Assembly (NCBI GenBank): GCA_041494885.1
Contig: JBGQBO010000012.1
Location: forward strand, 2,637 to 66,636
Direction of reading: 5' to 3'
Length of the DNA: 64,000 nt
Source: Terriglobia bacterium
GTDB lineage: Bacteria; Acidobacteriota; Terriglobia; JAIQFV01
In this document: positions 1 through 10,073 of the stretch, in pieces
Position numbering within the stretch: the first letter of the stretch is position 1
Layout: each line of letters starts with the position of its first letter
Notes under the pieces: model-generated
Databases searched by the model: none
What the model was told of the DNA's origin: nothing
Seen by the model: the letters and a program-made list of their open reading frames with translations, nothing else
Program-made: the position numbers and the translations under genes

Positions 1-658
1 ACTGCGCCGTGACCAGCGCATCATAAAAGGCGTCATACTCCCCGCGGGACATGGGACAATTGACATAATCCTCTCCCCCCTTGCCGTAGCGGGACGCCTT
101 AAAAGCAACTGAGAGGTCAATCGTCTCGGCATCGACAATGGGGCTGATGGCGTCGAAGAAATAGAGATGGTCCTGACCCGTCACCCGGCGAATATTTTCG
201 GACAGAGCATCCGAAGTGAGCGGACCGGTGGCCACAATCACAATCGGGTCCTCATCCTCCGGAAGCTCGATGAACTCATCTCGTCGAACGCGAATGCGCG
301 GGTGCCCTGAGATCCGTTCCGTCAGGAGGGCCGCAAACCCATCGCGATCGACCGACAAGGCGTGGCCGCTCGGAACACGGGTCTCATGGGCCACGGCAAT
401 CAGCAGAGAATTCAGCCGCCGCAATTCCTCCTTCAGCAGCCAGGGGGCGGAGAACTCGGCGTCGCTCTTCAGCGAGTTGCTGCAGACCAATTCGCCCAGC
501 CGATCCGTCCGATGCGCCGGAGTCGTCACCCGGGGACGCATTTCCCACAACTCGACACACGCAGACGGGCCGGCACCGCACGCATCCAGTTGGGTTGCGA
601 TTTGCCAGGCCGCCTCGCATCCTGCAAGCCCGCCTCCCACCACGATCATTTTTGGCAT
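1..658 (-). CDS. trmFO: FAD-dependent tRNA (uracil-54) methyltransferase TrmFO, 5' part (runs off the window edge)
   Basis: Not in the ORF track. Manual translation from ATG at 658 gives MPKMIVVGGGLAGCEAAWQIA...AELVCSNSL...AVDRDGF...ATGPLTSD...FFDAISPIV, the Gid/TrmFO signature. Confidence 0.9.
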   Translation of the reverse strand, partial: MPKMIVVGGGLAGCEAAWQIATQLDACGAGPSACVELWEMRPRVTTPAHRTDRLGELVCSNSLKSDAEFSAPWLLKEELRRLNSLLIAVAHETRVPSGHALSVDRDGFAALLTERISGHPRIRVRRDEFIELPEDEDPIVIVATGPLTSDALSENIRRVTGQDHLYFFDAISPIVDAETIDLSVAFKASRYGKGGEDYVNCPMSRGEYDAFYDALVTAQ

Positions 659-675
659 GGAAAGCAACCCGACCT

Positions 676-903
676 AGTTCAAAGTCCAAAGTCCAAGGTC
701 CAAAGTCCAAGGTCTAAAATAACCGGTTCAAAGTTCCAAGTTCAAATCGAAAGGTGCTTCTCAGTCACTTCGTGACCTTCGCCCTCTGACTTCTGACCTC
801 CGACTTCTGACTTCCGACTACCAATCTCTGGCTTCTCGCTTCCGGCCTCTGGCTTCTGGTGACTTCCTCTGACAACTGGCAACCGACAACTGACAACTGT
901 TTT
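676..903 (+). repeat. Composite heptamer-repeat element, copy A
   Basis: Degenerate 7-mer tandems (AAGTCCA/AAGTTCA, then TCTGACY, then CAACTGA) around a core TTCAAATCGAAAGGTGCTTCTCAGTCACTTC..TGACCTTCGCCCT shared with copies near 10074 and 42657. Confidence 0.85.
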
Positions 904-945
904 AAGCCAGAGATCTTTTCAAGTTCAAATCTCTTCAAGCCGGCC

Positions 946-1245
946 TCACTTCGATGCCTTGTCGATGCCCACCAGTTTATCCTGGCAATCGAACCAGATC
1001 TGAACGTACTTGTAGTGACCGACATTCTTATAGATGAACCAGCTACAGGGGTCTTCGCCCTTTTTCTCCCCTTTCGAATCCGGTTTCCCCAGGGTTTGGA
1101 CGACGATATCCTTGGTCATCCCGGGCTTTAGCCGCGCCAGATCATCTTCAGTCGCCGCAATGAGTTGTAACGTACTGAACAGGACCGCCGCAAAAAGAAT
1201 CAGCGAACAGGCCATCTTCCAATGTCTTCTTCTTAATCGTTTCAT
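946..1245 (-). CDS. Small exported protein, SmpA/OmlA (BamE)-like domain
   Basis: Signal peptide followed by LKPGMTKDIVVQTLGKP...W.Y, the typical SmpA/OmlA pattern. Confidence 0.65.
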   Translation of the reverse strand: MKRLRRRHWKMACSLILFAAVLFSTLQLIAATEDDLARLKPGMTKDIVVQTLGKPDSKGEKKGEDPCSWFIYKNVGHYKYVQIWFDCQDKLVGIDKASK

Positions 1246-1329
1246 GTGCTCCTCCTGCTTCCGTCTTGGATGTCGATTCCAGCCCCGGCGTTGTGACCCT
1301 TCTCCATGTTCTTCCAGACCGTGAAGAAC

Positions 1330-4300
1330 TCAATGGACAAAGTGAAAATCTTCAATCGATTTGATTCCTTCCAGATTGCCGGTTAATTTGAATTCAAAGT
1401 TATATCGGCGGGGCTTGATCCTCTTGCGCTGGCCCACCATCAAGAGTGTCATATCAGCCACATTCCGGTAAAGGTCACGGATGGAAATTCGTCCGAAAAT
1501 CTGGGCCAGAAAATTTGATCCCCGTGGAATTTCAGGCAGGGATCCTTTGACGTTGATGATCATTTCTTCGGTCGAGGTATTGACCGTCCCGGTGGCAATC
1601 AAATCAAACAATTCAGATTTGAAATCACTGTGCTCCAGCCGTGCCGAACCATCCGGCGAGAAGGTGACGTCAGCGGACCAGGAATTGAAACGCTTGAACT
1701 GAGGGGGATCGATGGTTTGAAAGATTCGCCCCAGGTTAAAGCCGAATAACCCTTCGTGCACCAGGGTGGCCATCGAGAGGAGGCGCTGCGGCAGGCCGGC
1801 ATAATGCAGGGTCCCATGGGAAGCCTCAAAATGCGCCTTGCCCACCAGCGACGCCAGCAGGTTCTTCGGGTCGGTATTGCGGGTTGTCAAATCCGCCACA
1901 ACCGTAAGCTTTCCCTCCACCGGGATCTGGATATCGAGAACCTCGTCGAGAAACGGTCCCATGGGCACGTCCTTCGATTCAAACTTCAAATGCTCCTCAT
2001 TCGTTCGCGAGTCCCAGGTGAGGGTGGCGGTACTCGTACTCTCGCCTGCCGCCACTTCCATTGGATCCAACTGAAAGACGCCCGCCTTCCAACTCCCATG
2101 CGCTCGAAAGTTCTTGATGGGCTGATGGAAAAACACTCCGCTCGAGGCCTTGACATCGATGACCATGCGGTTGCCAGGGGACTCTGTGGGATGCGCCTCC
2201 TGTCCCGGTGACATACGGGCGAGGGTAATCACCAGGGCGTCGAGATTCAGGTTGTCCACTTCCGCGGTCAGATTGGGTTGAGGCCCGTCGAGATTCAAGG
2301 TTCCGGTCACGCGCATGGGGACTTTATTGACGATCGCCAGGAAATCCCTGGCAGAAACGCCGTTGGTCCCGGCCGTCAGATCTCCGGTCAGACTGGTGGG
2401 TCCCCAGGGCATCCCATCCACCGAGACGTCCGCAAGTCTCAAAGTCGAATTCAATTGTGGATCCCCCGGACTGCCCGACAGCTTGACAGACCCGGAGGCC
2501 GAACCGCTGCGAAAACTCAAAGGGGTTTCCGGCAGCTTGATGAACTTCAAGAGAGTCGTAACGGGAGCGAACTGGTCCATTGAGGTGGTGAGGGCCATTT
2601 GTGTTCCCTGTGAACCCGAAAAATCCAATGTTCCATGAACGGCCAGGGGAAGATCGCCCAGGTTGAGTCTACCGTCACTGATGGTGAAGGATTGGTTCTT
2701 CCATATCCCGTTGAGAGAAAGCTGACTGGGAGTGCCCGCGGGTTTTTCGAACGTATTGCGGAGTTTTAATTCCGTTGATTCAGGGGAGCGTGCCTCGGCG
2801 CGAACCTCAAGCTGGTCGTGTCTTTCTCCCTGTATTGACAGGGTAAACGGGAACTGCCCCTTTGCGGCGACCTGATCCTTCCAGGACGAGGGCAATAATA
2901 TGGACATTTGCGGAAACGCGGCCAGCATTTGCGCCTTGAGATTCCATCGCTCCCCCAATTCATTTAACTGCTCAACGCCTCCATCCAACGATACGGTGGA
3001 GTCTCCCACAGACCCCTCCAGGCGATGAAACCTGAGCCGATCGCCACTATAAGTCAGCCCGCCGGAAAAGCCCGTAAGCGGCAATGCGACGTTGGACAGA
3101 ACGGCATTGGCATTCCGGAGATTTCGCATCTGCAGTGAAAACTCGGGAAGCCCGCCCGCTTCTTTCAAAAAGACAGGATCGTCGCTGGCCCCGGACTCGC
3201 CATCCATTCCTGACGATTGAGCGCCCGGTCCGAGGGTTGGACTTACACGTCGCCCACTGCCGGCGGGATATTCCAGCTGAATGTTGGCAACACCCTCGAC
3301 CTCCTTGATCTGTCCCACAATCGGCAGATCGACACGATCAATCCAGTGTGCAGACGCGAACTCCCCGTAACGGCGCAGATCCATGGAAGGAGACCTAAGG
3401 TGCAAAGCGAGCAGCGAGAACTCCCGGGGATCCATGACCGCTTCTAGTTCGAAGGGGGAATCGCCCAAGGATCCTGAAACCCGTTCCGCGCAGAGGGCCT
3501 TGTCATAAAATTCGTGCGCGCAAACCACCTTGTCCTTCAGCACCACCTGACCCTCCACGTTTTGAAGTGGTGTGGAGAGGCCGGCGAGTTGAATCCGCGT
3601 CCCGGTCAGGGCCATGGTCCCGGTCACATCCGGATGATCCAGGTCGCCCGTCACCAGTAATTGCAAATGCCCTTCTCCGCTCACGCTCGGCACGCGATCC
3701 AACCATCTCGCGGAAGTGAGGTATCCCTGGCTTCGAAGCTGTTTCAAGTAGGGATAGACCTTGCCCAAAGGGAGCGACGGCAAAGCGAGTTTCATCTCCA
3801 TCCTGTCCTTCTCGTCGACCCAGCCCGAGGCCTGCAAAGGAGAGCCGAAAAACTGTGCGCTCAGCGATTCAAGCTGTGTCTTCTTGCCGATGGATCGCAT
3901 CACTGAAACTATGTCCTTCAACTGAAGGTCAATGGAATCGTTCCGGTACTGGCCGTTCTTCAGTTCCCCGCGCCAGTCCAGGGTCGGGTCATCGAGCTTC
4001 CCGGCCCATATCAACTGGGCTTGCGCCGTGCCCGTCAGTCCCGAAAAAATCCGCCGGCCGAACTCATCAAGTTCCACATCGATCAACGACCGGAACGGTT
4101 CAACGAACTCAAACTCACCCGTAGACAACGTGGTCTCCAAGCGAGGCATCAGGTTTTGCAAGTTATAAACGCGGCCGTTCATCTCAAAATGAGTCGAGGC
4201 CAACTCCCCCTGCAGTTTTTTGAACCGAACCTCTCCCGTCACCAGACTTAGCAGACCTTCGAGTGAAGCTGATTTGAAGTCGATCCATTTTCTAGCGTTC

Positions 4301-5256
4301 TTCACTGCCTCCTGACTGGGACCCGGAGAGGCGGGCACCCCGGGAGGCGCTCCTTCAACAGCCATTCTCAGCTGTTCGGCCTTGGAGCGTAAATGGATGG
4401 AGATGGGAGAGGCTCCTTGTCCCTCCATCTTTAAATCCAGGTCATAGAATCCCTCTAAGCCCTTTACAGGGATCTTCGGAGAACCCAAATAGGCGTTCAA
4501 AATCCGCAGATTGAAATGCTTCAGCGCCAGGTCGAGATTGCCGCTCAGCGTGCTGAGATCGTCAGGAACAAATACGGCGAAGTTTCCCTTGACCTCAAGA
4601 TTCGATTCCGGGTGGTCGTCATCGATGGCATCCATTTGCAAGCGGGTTTTGCGCCGGATATCAAGGGTCGAAATGGAAAAGTTACGAAGGCGGATATGCT
4701 GTACCAGGGGCAGGGCCAGTGCCTGATCTTGAAATGTGGCGACTACGTTCCTTAATTCTACGCCGGTCTTCTCGAGATCGATAGCGTTGTCCGGATCGTT
4801 TCCGGCGGTCACGAGATCGGCAATATTCCAACGCCCGTCCGGCAGGCGCGCTGCCAGAAAATCGCCATCCTCCACCCGGATAAGATTCAGCACGATGCGA
4901 CCGCGCAACAGCGCCCAGGGGCTCAACTCCATCTTCACCTCATCGCCCCTGAAAAAAGGATGCCCCTCGTGATCCTGGATGTTCAAACCGGCCACCCACA
5001 GCGTGGGCCGCCCGAACAGGTTGGTGTTGATGCGATCGAAGGTCACAGGATACCGAAGGGCATCGCTGAGGTGTTTTTCAAAAAAGTGTTTGGAGTACTG
5101 GCTCCCCAGAAAAACCGGAACGACAAATTCAAAGAACAGAAAAACGAGTGCGAGCAGCAAGAGCTCCAGGCGCGTCGCCCTCGAGCGGTGATGCCAAAAA
5201 TCCAGGGCTTTTGCCTTGAAACCGTGCGGCGTGTTCTCTCTTTCTTTTTTCGTCAT
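1330..5256 (-). CDS. Large AsmA-family (YhdP/TamB-like) envelope protein
   Basis: Single N-terminal TM, AsmA-type motif (LSPWALLRG...DGRWNIADL) and a long beta-rich repeat body. Start moved to ATG 5256 because 5283-5349 is a REP doublet. Confidence 0.8.
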   Translation of the reverse strand: MTKKERENTPHGFKAKALDFWHHRSRATRLELLLLALVFLFFEFVVPVFLGSQYSKHFFEKHLSDALRYPVTFDRINTNLFGRPTLWVAGLNIQDHEGHPFFRGDEVKMELSPWALLRGRIVLNLIRVEDGDFLAARLPDGRWNIADLVTAGNDPDNAIDLEKTGVELRNVVATFQDQALALPLVQHIRLRNFSISTLDIRRKTRLQMDAIDDDHPESNLEVKGNFAVFVPDDLSTLSGNLDLALKHFNLRILNAYLGSPKIPVKGLEGFYDLDLKMEGQGASPISIHLRSKAEQLRMAVEGAPPGVPASPGPSQEAVKNARKWIDFKSASLEGLLSLVTGEVRFKKLQGELASTHFEMNGRVYNLQNLMPRLETTLSTGEFEFVEPFRSLIDVELDEFGRRIFSGLTGTAQAQLIWAGKLDDPTLDWRGELKNGQYRNDSIDLQLKDIVSVMRSIGKKTQLESLSAQFFGSPLQASGWVDEKDRMEMKLALPSLPLGKVYPYLKQLRSQGYLTSARWLDRVPSVSGEGHLQLLVTGDLDHPDVTGTMALTGTRIQLAGLSTPLQNVEGQVVLKDKVVCAHEFYDKALCAERVSGSLGDSPFELEAVMDPREFSLLALHLRSPSMDLRRYGEFASAHWIDRVDLPIVGQIKEVEGVANIQLEYPAGSGRRVSPTLGPGAQSSGMDGESGASDDPVFLKEAGGLPEFSLQMRNLRNANAVLSNVALPLTGFSGGLTYSGDRLRFHRLEGSVGDSTVSLDGGVEQLNELGERWNLKAQMLAAFPQMSILLPSSWKDQVAAKGQFPFTLSIQGERHDQLEVRAEARSPESTELKLRNTFEKPAGTPSQLSLNGIWKNQSFTISDGRLNLGDLPLAVHGTLDFSGSQGTQMALTTSMDQFAPVTTLLKFIKLPETPLSFRSGSASGSVKLSGSPGDPQLNSTLRLADVSVDGMPWGPTSLTGDLTAGTNGVSARDFLAIVNKVPMRVTGTLNLDGPQPNLTAEVDNLNLDALVITLARMSPGQEAHPTESPGNRMVIDVKASSGVFFHQPIKNFRAHGSWKAGVFQLDPMEVAAGESTSTATLTWDSRTNEEHLKFESKDVPMGPFLDEVLDIQIPVEGKLTVVADLTTRNTDPKNLLASLVGKAHFEASHGTLHYAGLPQRLLSMATLVHEGLFGFNLGRIFQTIDPPQFKRFNSWSADVTFSPDGSARLEHSDFKSELFDLIATGTVNTSTEEMIINVKGSLPEIPRGSNFLAQIFGRISIRDLYRNVADMTLLMVGQRKRIKPRRYNFEFKLTGNLEGIKSIEDFHFVH

Positions 5257-5282
5257 TTTCGAAATTACTTGTGGAATCTGTG

Positions 5283-5349
5283 GTGGGGCGGACGTCTCGT
5301 CTGCCTTTGTATGGGTCAGATACGCGGGCAGACGGGACGTCTGCCCCAC
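5283..5349. repeat. REP-like inverted doublet
   Basis: GTGGGGCGGACGTCTCGTCTGCC ... GGCAGACGGGACGTCTGCCCCAC; a related unit lies at about 39651-39674. Confidence 0.7.
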
Positions 5350-5370
5350 TCCAAAGAGTACGCCCAGGCC

Positions 5371-5832
5371 CTACGGTTTGAACACCATGAGGAACAGAAT
5401 AACCACCAGCAGCACAAAATTGATTCCCGAGAGCATATTCCAACGGGCCACGATCTTCGAAAAGATCACCGCAAAATCCTCCCCACCCTGTTCCGCCAAT
5501 GCCATCACCTTTCTGGAAATGGGGGCTTGTGCAGCCACCGCCAGGTAAAGCACCACAAAAAACAAAATGACCGAATACAAGAGCCACGGATTGGTATTTA
5601 GCTTTAGAGGGACTGGGGCCCCGACCCCCATCCAAAACCCACTGATCAACACCAGGAGGGCTCCCAGGTGCAGGGTCCACGTATTCGTCCGGTGCAGGGT
5701 CTTCATTGCAAACAGGGTCACCTTGGAATCACCCGTCAACACGGCCTGATTCATGCAGACCCACCCTGCCACCACACCGCCTAAGACGAGCGCACCACCG
5801 AGAACATGAATCCACAACAACCATTGAACCAT
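5371..5832 (-). CDS. DUF2269-like membrane protein
   Basis: Four TM helices, N-terminal H (WIHVLG) and C-terminal LMVFKP motif. Confidence 0.75.
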   Translation of the reverse strand: MVQWLLWIHVLGGALVLGGVVAGWVCMNQAVLTGDSKVTLFAMKTLHRTNTWTLHLGALLVLISGFWMGVGAPVPLKLNTNPWLLYSVILFFVVLYLAVAAQAPISRKVMALAEQGGEDFAVIFSKIVARWNMLSGINFVLLVVILFLMVFKP

Positions 5833-5995
5833 TGCTTCCCGCTTCTCTTTAGATGCTTATTTTGCCGGCCTTGGCCAGCTGGCGGTTTCCCGTTGGCCCG
5901 CTGATGATGGACGGCGTTTGGCCGGTCCCATTCCGCGTCCTCCGGGTAGAGCTTGAAAGATCCTCCAGGAGCCCTCCGTATGAGATCGCTCTCCC

Positions 5996-7993
5996 TTACC
6001 ATCCCATGAGGTAGCGCTCTCGCCGCACATCCGCGCCGCCGAACAGGGTTTCGAATTTCGGGTCCACGCCCACAGCCGTCATGCCCGTGTACATTCCATA
6101 GGGTCCGAGGACAGTCACCTGGTGTCCTTTGGCCCGCAACGCGTCAACGACGCCCGGGGCAATCCTGCTCTCCAGGGTTAAATCGCCCGGCTTGTCCTGG
6201 TGATTATCAAAGGAACTGAATGGATGGTCGGTGTTAAAGCGGGGCGCTTCAATGGCCTGTTGGATGGGCATTTTGAAATCAATCAGATCGAGCAGAACGT
6301 TAAGGACTTGTTGATCCTGGCTATCGCCACCAGGGGTGGAGAGGGCGAGATAAGGCTTGAGTTTCTTTGCGGACACCCCTTCCGTCGAAATGACATTGGT
6401 TTTCGATCCGCCCTCCGGCGCCCCTGGAGGGTCCGCGTGCAGGGGCGAGTCGGTGTCCGAGATCAGGACGATGGTCGGCGTCAGGGTCGTCCGTGGGCGC
6501 TTTCCCCCGACCAGATAGTTCGGGGATTTCTCGTCCAGCGAAAAGACCTGGGCGCGGTTGGAGAGTGGAACACCGGTATCGCCGGCAATGAAGGCCCCCC
6601 CCAGAATCCACCCCGAGGAGGGAGAGGCAGAGAACAAGTTGCCATCCTTGTCGACCGCATTCACACACGTCGTGTCACCGGAGACAAAACCGACGGCCGG
6701 ATCGCCCTGGACACCGGAAAAATTGCTTCCCTGACTTGGTTTGGAACCGTTCAAGCCGGGGGACGAGTCCCGTTGTTCCGCGATTCCTTCAAACCTCCAG
6801 GGATCGCCGGGACGATGATCCAGAGCGGCTTTGTGTTTGTCGATGAGCGCGCGGCGAGTGGCTGCATATTCCTTCGAGAGCAATCCTTTTGCGGGAACTT
6901 TGACAAAGTCGGGATCGCCAAAGTACTCATTGCGGTCGTCGTAGGCTAACTTGATGGCTTCCGTCACGGTGTGGATGAACTCGGTGGAGTCGAGTCCCAT
7001 ATCCGTAAGGTTAAAGCCCTCAAGGATATTCAGCGCCATTAAGAGCACTGGCCCCTGATCCCAGAATCCCGCCTTGTAGATTTGATATCCGCGATAGTTA
7101 GTGGTCGTGGGCTCTTCGATCTTGCCGTGATACTGTGCGAGATCATCGGCCGTGATGACTCCGCCCGCCTTCAAATCGGCCTCTGCAATGCGGCGTCCGA
7201 TATCTCCCTTGTAGAACGCGTCGCGCCCGGCTTCAATGGCCTTGCGACGGTTATGGGAGATCCGGAATTCCGTGCGTTCAGCAGCGACGATGGCACGGAA
7301 AGTTTTTGCCAGATTCGGCTGGCGGAACATCTCTCCCACTTCCGGCGTTTTGCCGCCGGGAAAATAGGTGGCCATGGTGTCCGGGTACTTTTCGCAATAC
7401 TTCCGGTTTTGTTCCCAGTAGTGCTCCAACCCCTCGACAAAAGGGAACCCGTCCGCAAGTTCGATGGCCGGTTGCATCACCTGTTCCAGGGACATCGTGC
7501 CGTAGTTTTCCAGCGCGAGCGCGAGCGAATCCATCACGGCGGGAAGGGTGGCGGCGAGCGGCCCATTGCCGGGGATCTTCCCTTGTCCGAGATCCACCAG
7601 CGGAAGCTCCACTCCCGCGTTGTTCTTGAAATGAGCGGCCTTCCTCTCGTCCTCCGTCATCTTCTTAAAAAATTCCGGTTTCAAATCCCGGGGGGCGGTT
7701 CCCTGCCCGTTGATCACGACAACTTTTTTCGTCCGCGCGTCGTAGATCATGAGGGGAACTTCCCCCCCAAAGCCGAAATGTGAGACTTCCACCACGGAAG
7801 AGGCAAAAACCGTCGCCGCACCCGCATCAATGGCATTGCCTCCAAGCTCCAGGATCCGTATCCCTGCCGCGACGGAATAATATCGGCCGGAACCGACGAT
7901 TCCGTGGGCCCCTCGAATTTCGGGACGAAAGGTCTGTGGATACAGAGGAGAGGCGGCCAGAAGCAGTGCAGCCATGATCAAAAGCTTTAACAT
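5996..7993 (-). CDS. ggt: Gamma-glutamyltransferase family protein (exported)
   Basis: GGNAIDA, FYKG, nucleophile motif DTTCVNAVD, GKRPRTTLTP, TPGGD. Signal peptide follows ATG 7993, which has an AAGGA RBS. Confidence 0.9.
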   Translation of the reverse strand: MLKLLIMAALLLAASPLYPQTFRPEIRGAHGIVGSGRYYSVAAGIRILELGGNAIDAGAATVFASSVVEVSHFGFGGEVPLMIYDARTKKVVVINGQGTAPRDLKPEFFKKMTEDERKAAHFKNNAGVELPLVDLGQGKIPGNGPLAATLPAVMDSLALALENYGTMSLEQVMQPAIELADGFPFVEGLEHYWEQNRKYCEKYPDTMATYFPGGKTPEVGEMFRQPNLAKTFRAIVAAERTEFRISHNRRKAIEAGRDAFYKGDIGRRIAEADLKAGGVITADDLAQYHGKIEEPTTTNYRGYQIYKAGFWDQGPVLLMALNILEGFNLTDMGLDSTEFIHTVTEAIKLAYDDRNEYFGDPDFVKVPAKGLLSKEYAATRRALIDKHKAALDHRPGDPWRFEGIAEQRDSSPGLNGSKPSQGSNFSGVQGDPAVGFVSGDTTCVNAVDKDGNLFSASPSSGWILGGAFIAGDTGVPLSNRAQVFSLDEKSPNYLVGGKRPRTTLTPTIVLISDTDSPLHADPPGAPEGGSKTNVISTEGVSAKKLKPYLALSTPGGDSQDQQVLNVLLDLIDFKMPIQQAIEAPRFNTDHPFSSFDNHQDKPGDLTLESRIAPGVVDALRAKGHQVTVLGPYGMYTGMTAVGVDPKFETLFGGADVRRERYLMGW

Positions 7994-8275
7994 ATGGGTG
8001 TCCTTAATTGGAGATGAAGTGTGAAATTCGAAGGAGGATTTGTGAACCCCTGGGAAGCACTTGGCAAACAACTCATTATTCATCTTTGCGGCAGGGCGAT
8101 CCGGCATGGGTCAAATAATTAGCGACGCCAGGCTTACAAGGTTACAGAATCAAGTTTAATGTAATTTCCGGGACTTGAACCCCGCGGAAAGGATCGAACC
8201 TCAGTTCCCTCCCATGCAAATTATGGAATTCAACTTCATCTCGCGTCAGGCCGCGGGTCCGGCTGTCACTCCTGA

Positions 8276-9445
8276 TTATCCACGTGTTGAGGAAACCGCC
8301 CTGTCCCTGGCGACCTTTTCGATCTCTGTCAGCACCGCGTCGATCTCGTCATCGGTGTTGTAAAAGTGCGGAGACAGGCGAATGCCGGCCCCGGGGCGAT
8401 AATCAACCAGGAAGTTCCGCCGAACGAGGTCCTGAGCCACTTCCGGTGCATAAGGCAGATCGACCGACACAGTGCCCCCACGCTGATCCGGATCGCGCGG
8501 GGAATTCACCTTTAAACCCGCCTCATCGGCCAGCGCAATCAGCCTGCTGGTCTGACGAATAGAATTCTCGCGGATAGCAGACACTCCGACTTGATTGATG
8601 ATCTCCAAGCCGGCTTTGGCGGCATAGTGCGCCGGGATTGGTGGCGTTCCCGAAAGAAATCGCCAGACATCATGACGACGGCGGATGGGAGGGGGTTCAA
8701 AATCAAAGGGCGATTCGTGCGAGAGCCATCCTGTCAGCGCCGGTTCCAGCTTTTCATACAAGTCCGGACGGACATAAAGGAACGCATTTCCGGGGCCGCC
8801 ACACAGCCATTTCAAGCAGCCCCCGATGACCACGTCGACGTTCAACGCCTTCACGTCGATGGGCAGGATGCCCGCTGATTGATAGACGTCCAGTATGACA
8901 AGGGCGCCCACCTGGTGGGCCTGATCGATAATCCGACGGACATCCTGAATGTACGCGCTCTTGAAAATCACATGCGAGATGGGCACCAGCAAGGTCTCTT
9001 CGTCGATAGCCGCGAGCATTAACTCCGTCGGCGTATGAATGCCGTCGGGGCTGGGAACCGTCACGAAACGTGCGCCTTGCCGTGTGGCTTGTTGGTAGAG
9101 GTACAACACGGAAGGAAAATTCATCGCCTCACACACAATCTTGTTTCGGGGCGTCTTAAACTCGAAGCAGGACAGCACCTGGGCCTGGGTCAAGGTCACA
9201 TTGGTTTGCATCACCACTTCATCCGACCCGGCCCCGATCAGAGGAGCCACCAGGTTTCCCACCGCGGAGGGGATCATCCACCACGCTTCCTCCCACGCCC
9301 GCACCCCCCGATTCGCCCAGGTGTCGGCATATTCGCGCAAATCGTCATAGGTCTTGCGCGGCATGGCGCCGAGGGAATTCGAAATCATGTAGCAGGTCGA
9401 TTCAAGGATTGGAAATTCCTTGCGCCATTGAAGAGGGGAACTCAT
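8276..9445 (-). CDS. Kynureninase-like PLP enzyme (aminotransferase class V)
   Basis: NSLGAMP, W...GVRAW, DVYQSAG, GCLKWLCGGPG, LSPHFYN motifs. Confidence 0.8.
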   Translation of the reverse strand: MSSPLQWRKEFPILESTCYMISNSLGAMPRKTYDDLREYADTWANRGVRAWEEAWWMIPSAVGNLVAPLIGAGSDEVVMQTNVTLTQAQVLSCFEFKTPRNKIVCEAMNFPSVLYLYQQATRQGARFVTVPSPDGIHTPTELMLAAIDEETLLVPISHVIFKSAYIQDVRRIIDQAHQVGALVILDVYQSAGILPIDVKALNVDVVIGGCLKWLCGGPGNAFLYVRPDLYEKLEPALTGWLSHESPFDFEPPPIRRRHDVWRFLSGTPPIPAHYAAKAGLEIINQVGVSAIRENSIRQTSRLIALADEAGLKVNSPRDPDQRGGTVSVDLPYAPEVAQDLVRRNFLVDYRPGAGIRLSPHFYNTDDEIDAVLTEIEKVARDRAVSSTRG

Positions 9446-9565
9446 GGGATTGTTCCTCAAGTCAAGTTGAGTTCAGGGGGTAGCACAGTGGGCTCGACCC
9501 AGGGTGCCTCGTGGGGGGGCTTATCCCGGGCATCCCGGCCGGTTGCTTCGACGGACTCGTTGAGG

Positions 9566-9952
9566 TCACACCAGCTTGGCTGCACGCTCGATGTCGGAGA
9601 CGGCCACCACGATCAAAGCCTTGCCCATCCCTTTGACGATGGACCCGTAAATGTACTCGATGTTGATATTGTTTTCGGCCAGCTTCCGCGTCAGACGTCC
9701 CAGCGAACCGGGCCGATCCGCCACACGCAGTGCAAGCACTGACTCCTCCGTGAATTTCAGGTTCATGGTCGTAAGCACACGCTTGGCCGTCTCGTGGCTG
9801 CTGGTCACCATGCGGAGGGGTGTCTGTGATTTTGATTCCGGGGCCATGATCGCGGAGATATTGACCGCGAGTTTGGAGAGCTCTGTGCACAGTTCTGCCA
9901 GCGCGCCGGGCTTGTTTTCCAACATCACCGTAAGTTGTTTGCTGATGGGCAT
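9566..9952 (-). CDS. Tandem ACT-domain protein
   Basis: Two ACT repeats (LENKPGALA; DRPGSLG...NINIEYIY). Confidence 0.85.
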   Translation of the reverse strand: MPISKQLTVMLENKPGALAELCTELSKLAVNISAIMAPESKSQTPLRMVTSSHETAKRVLTTMNLKFTEESVLALRVADRPGSLGRLTRKLAENNINIEYIYGSIVKGMGKALIVVAVSDIERAAKLV

Positions 9953-10073
9953 GGGCTCCTCTCCGGTACCTTGATTTGATTGAAACGGTATGGGACAAAA
10001 CCTGTCAATGGCTGCGGGGATTGTACTCGGTTGATGTGTTAAATCACAAAGGGTTTTTGAGAAAGGCAGGTCT

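Noticed and set aside
216-775. ORF-track ORFs 216-677, 362-775 and 384-710
   Set aside because: Shadow or off-frame ORFs over trmFO and the heptamer repeat.
676-903. Possible CRISPR array in the repeat tracts (also 10074, 42657, 53272, 61940)
   Set aside because: Period is 7 bp with no repeat-spacer structure, and no cas genes are present.
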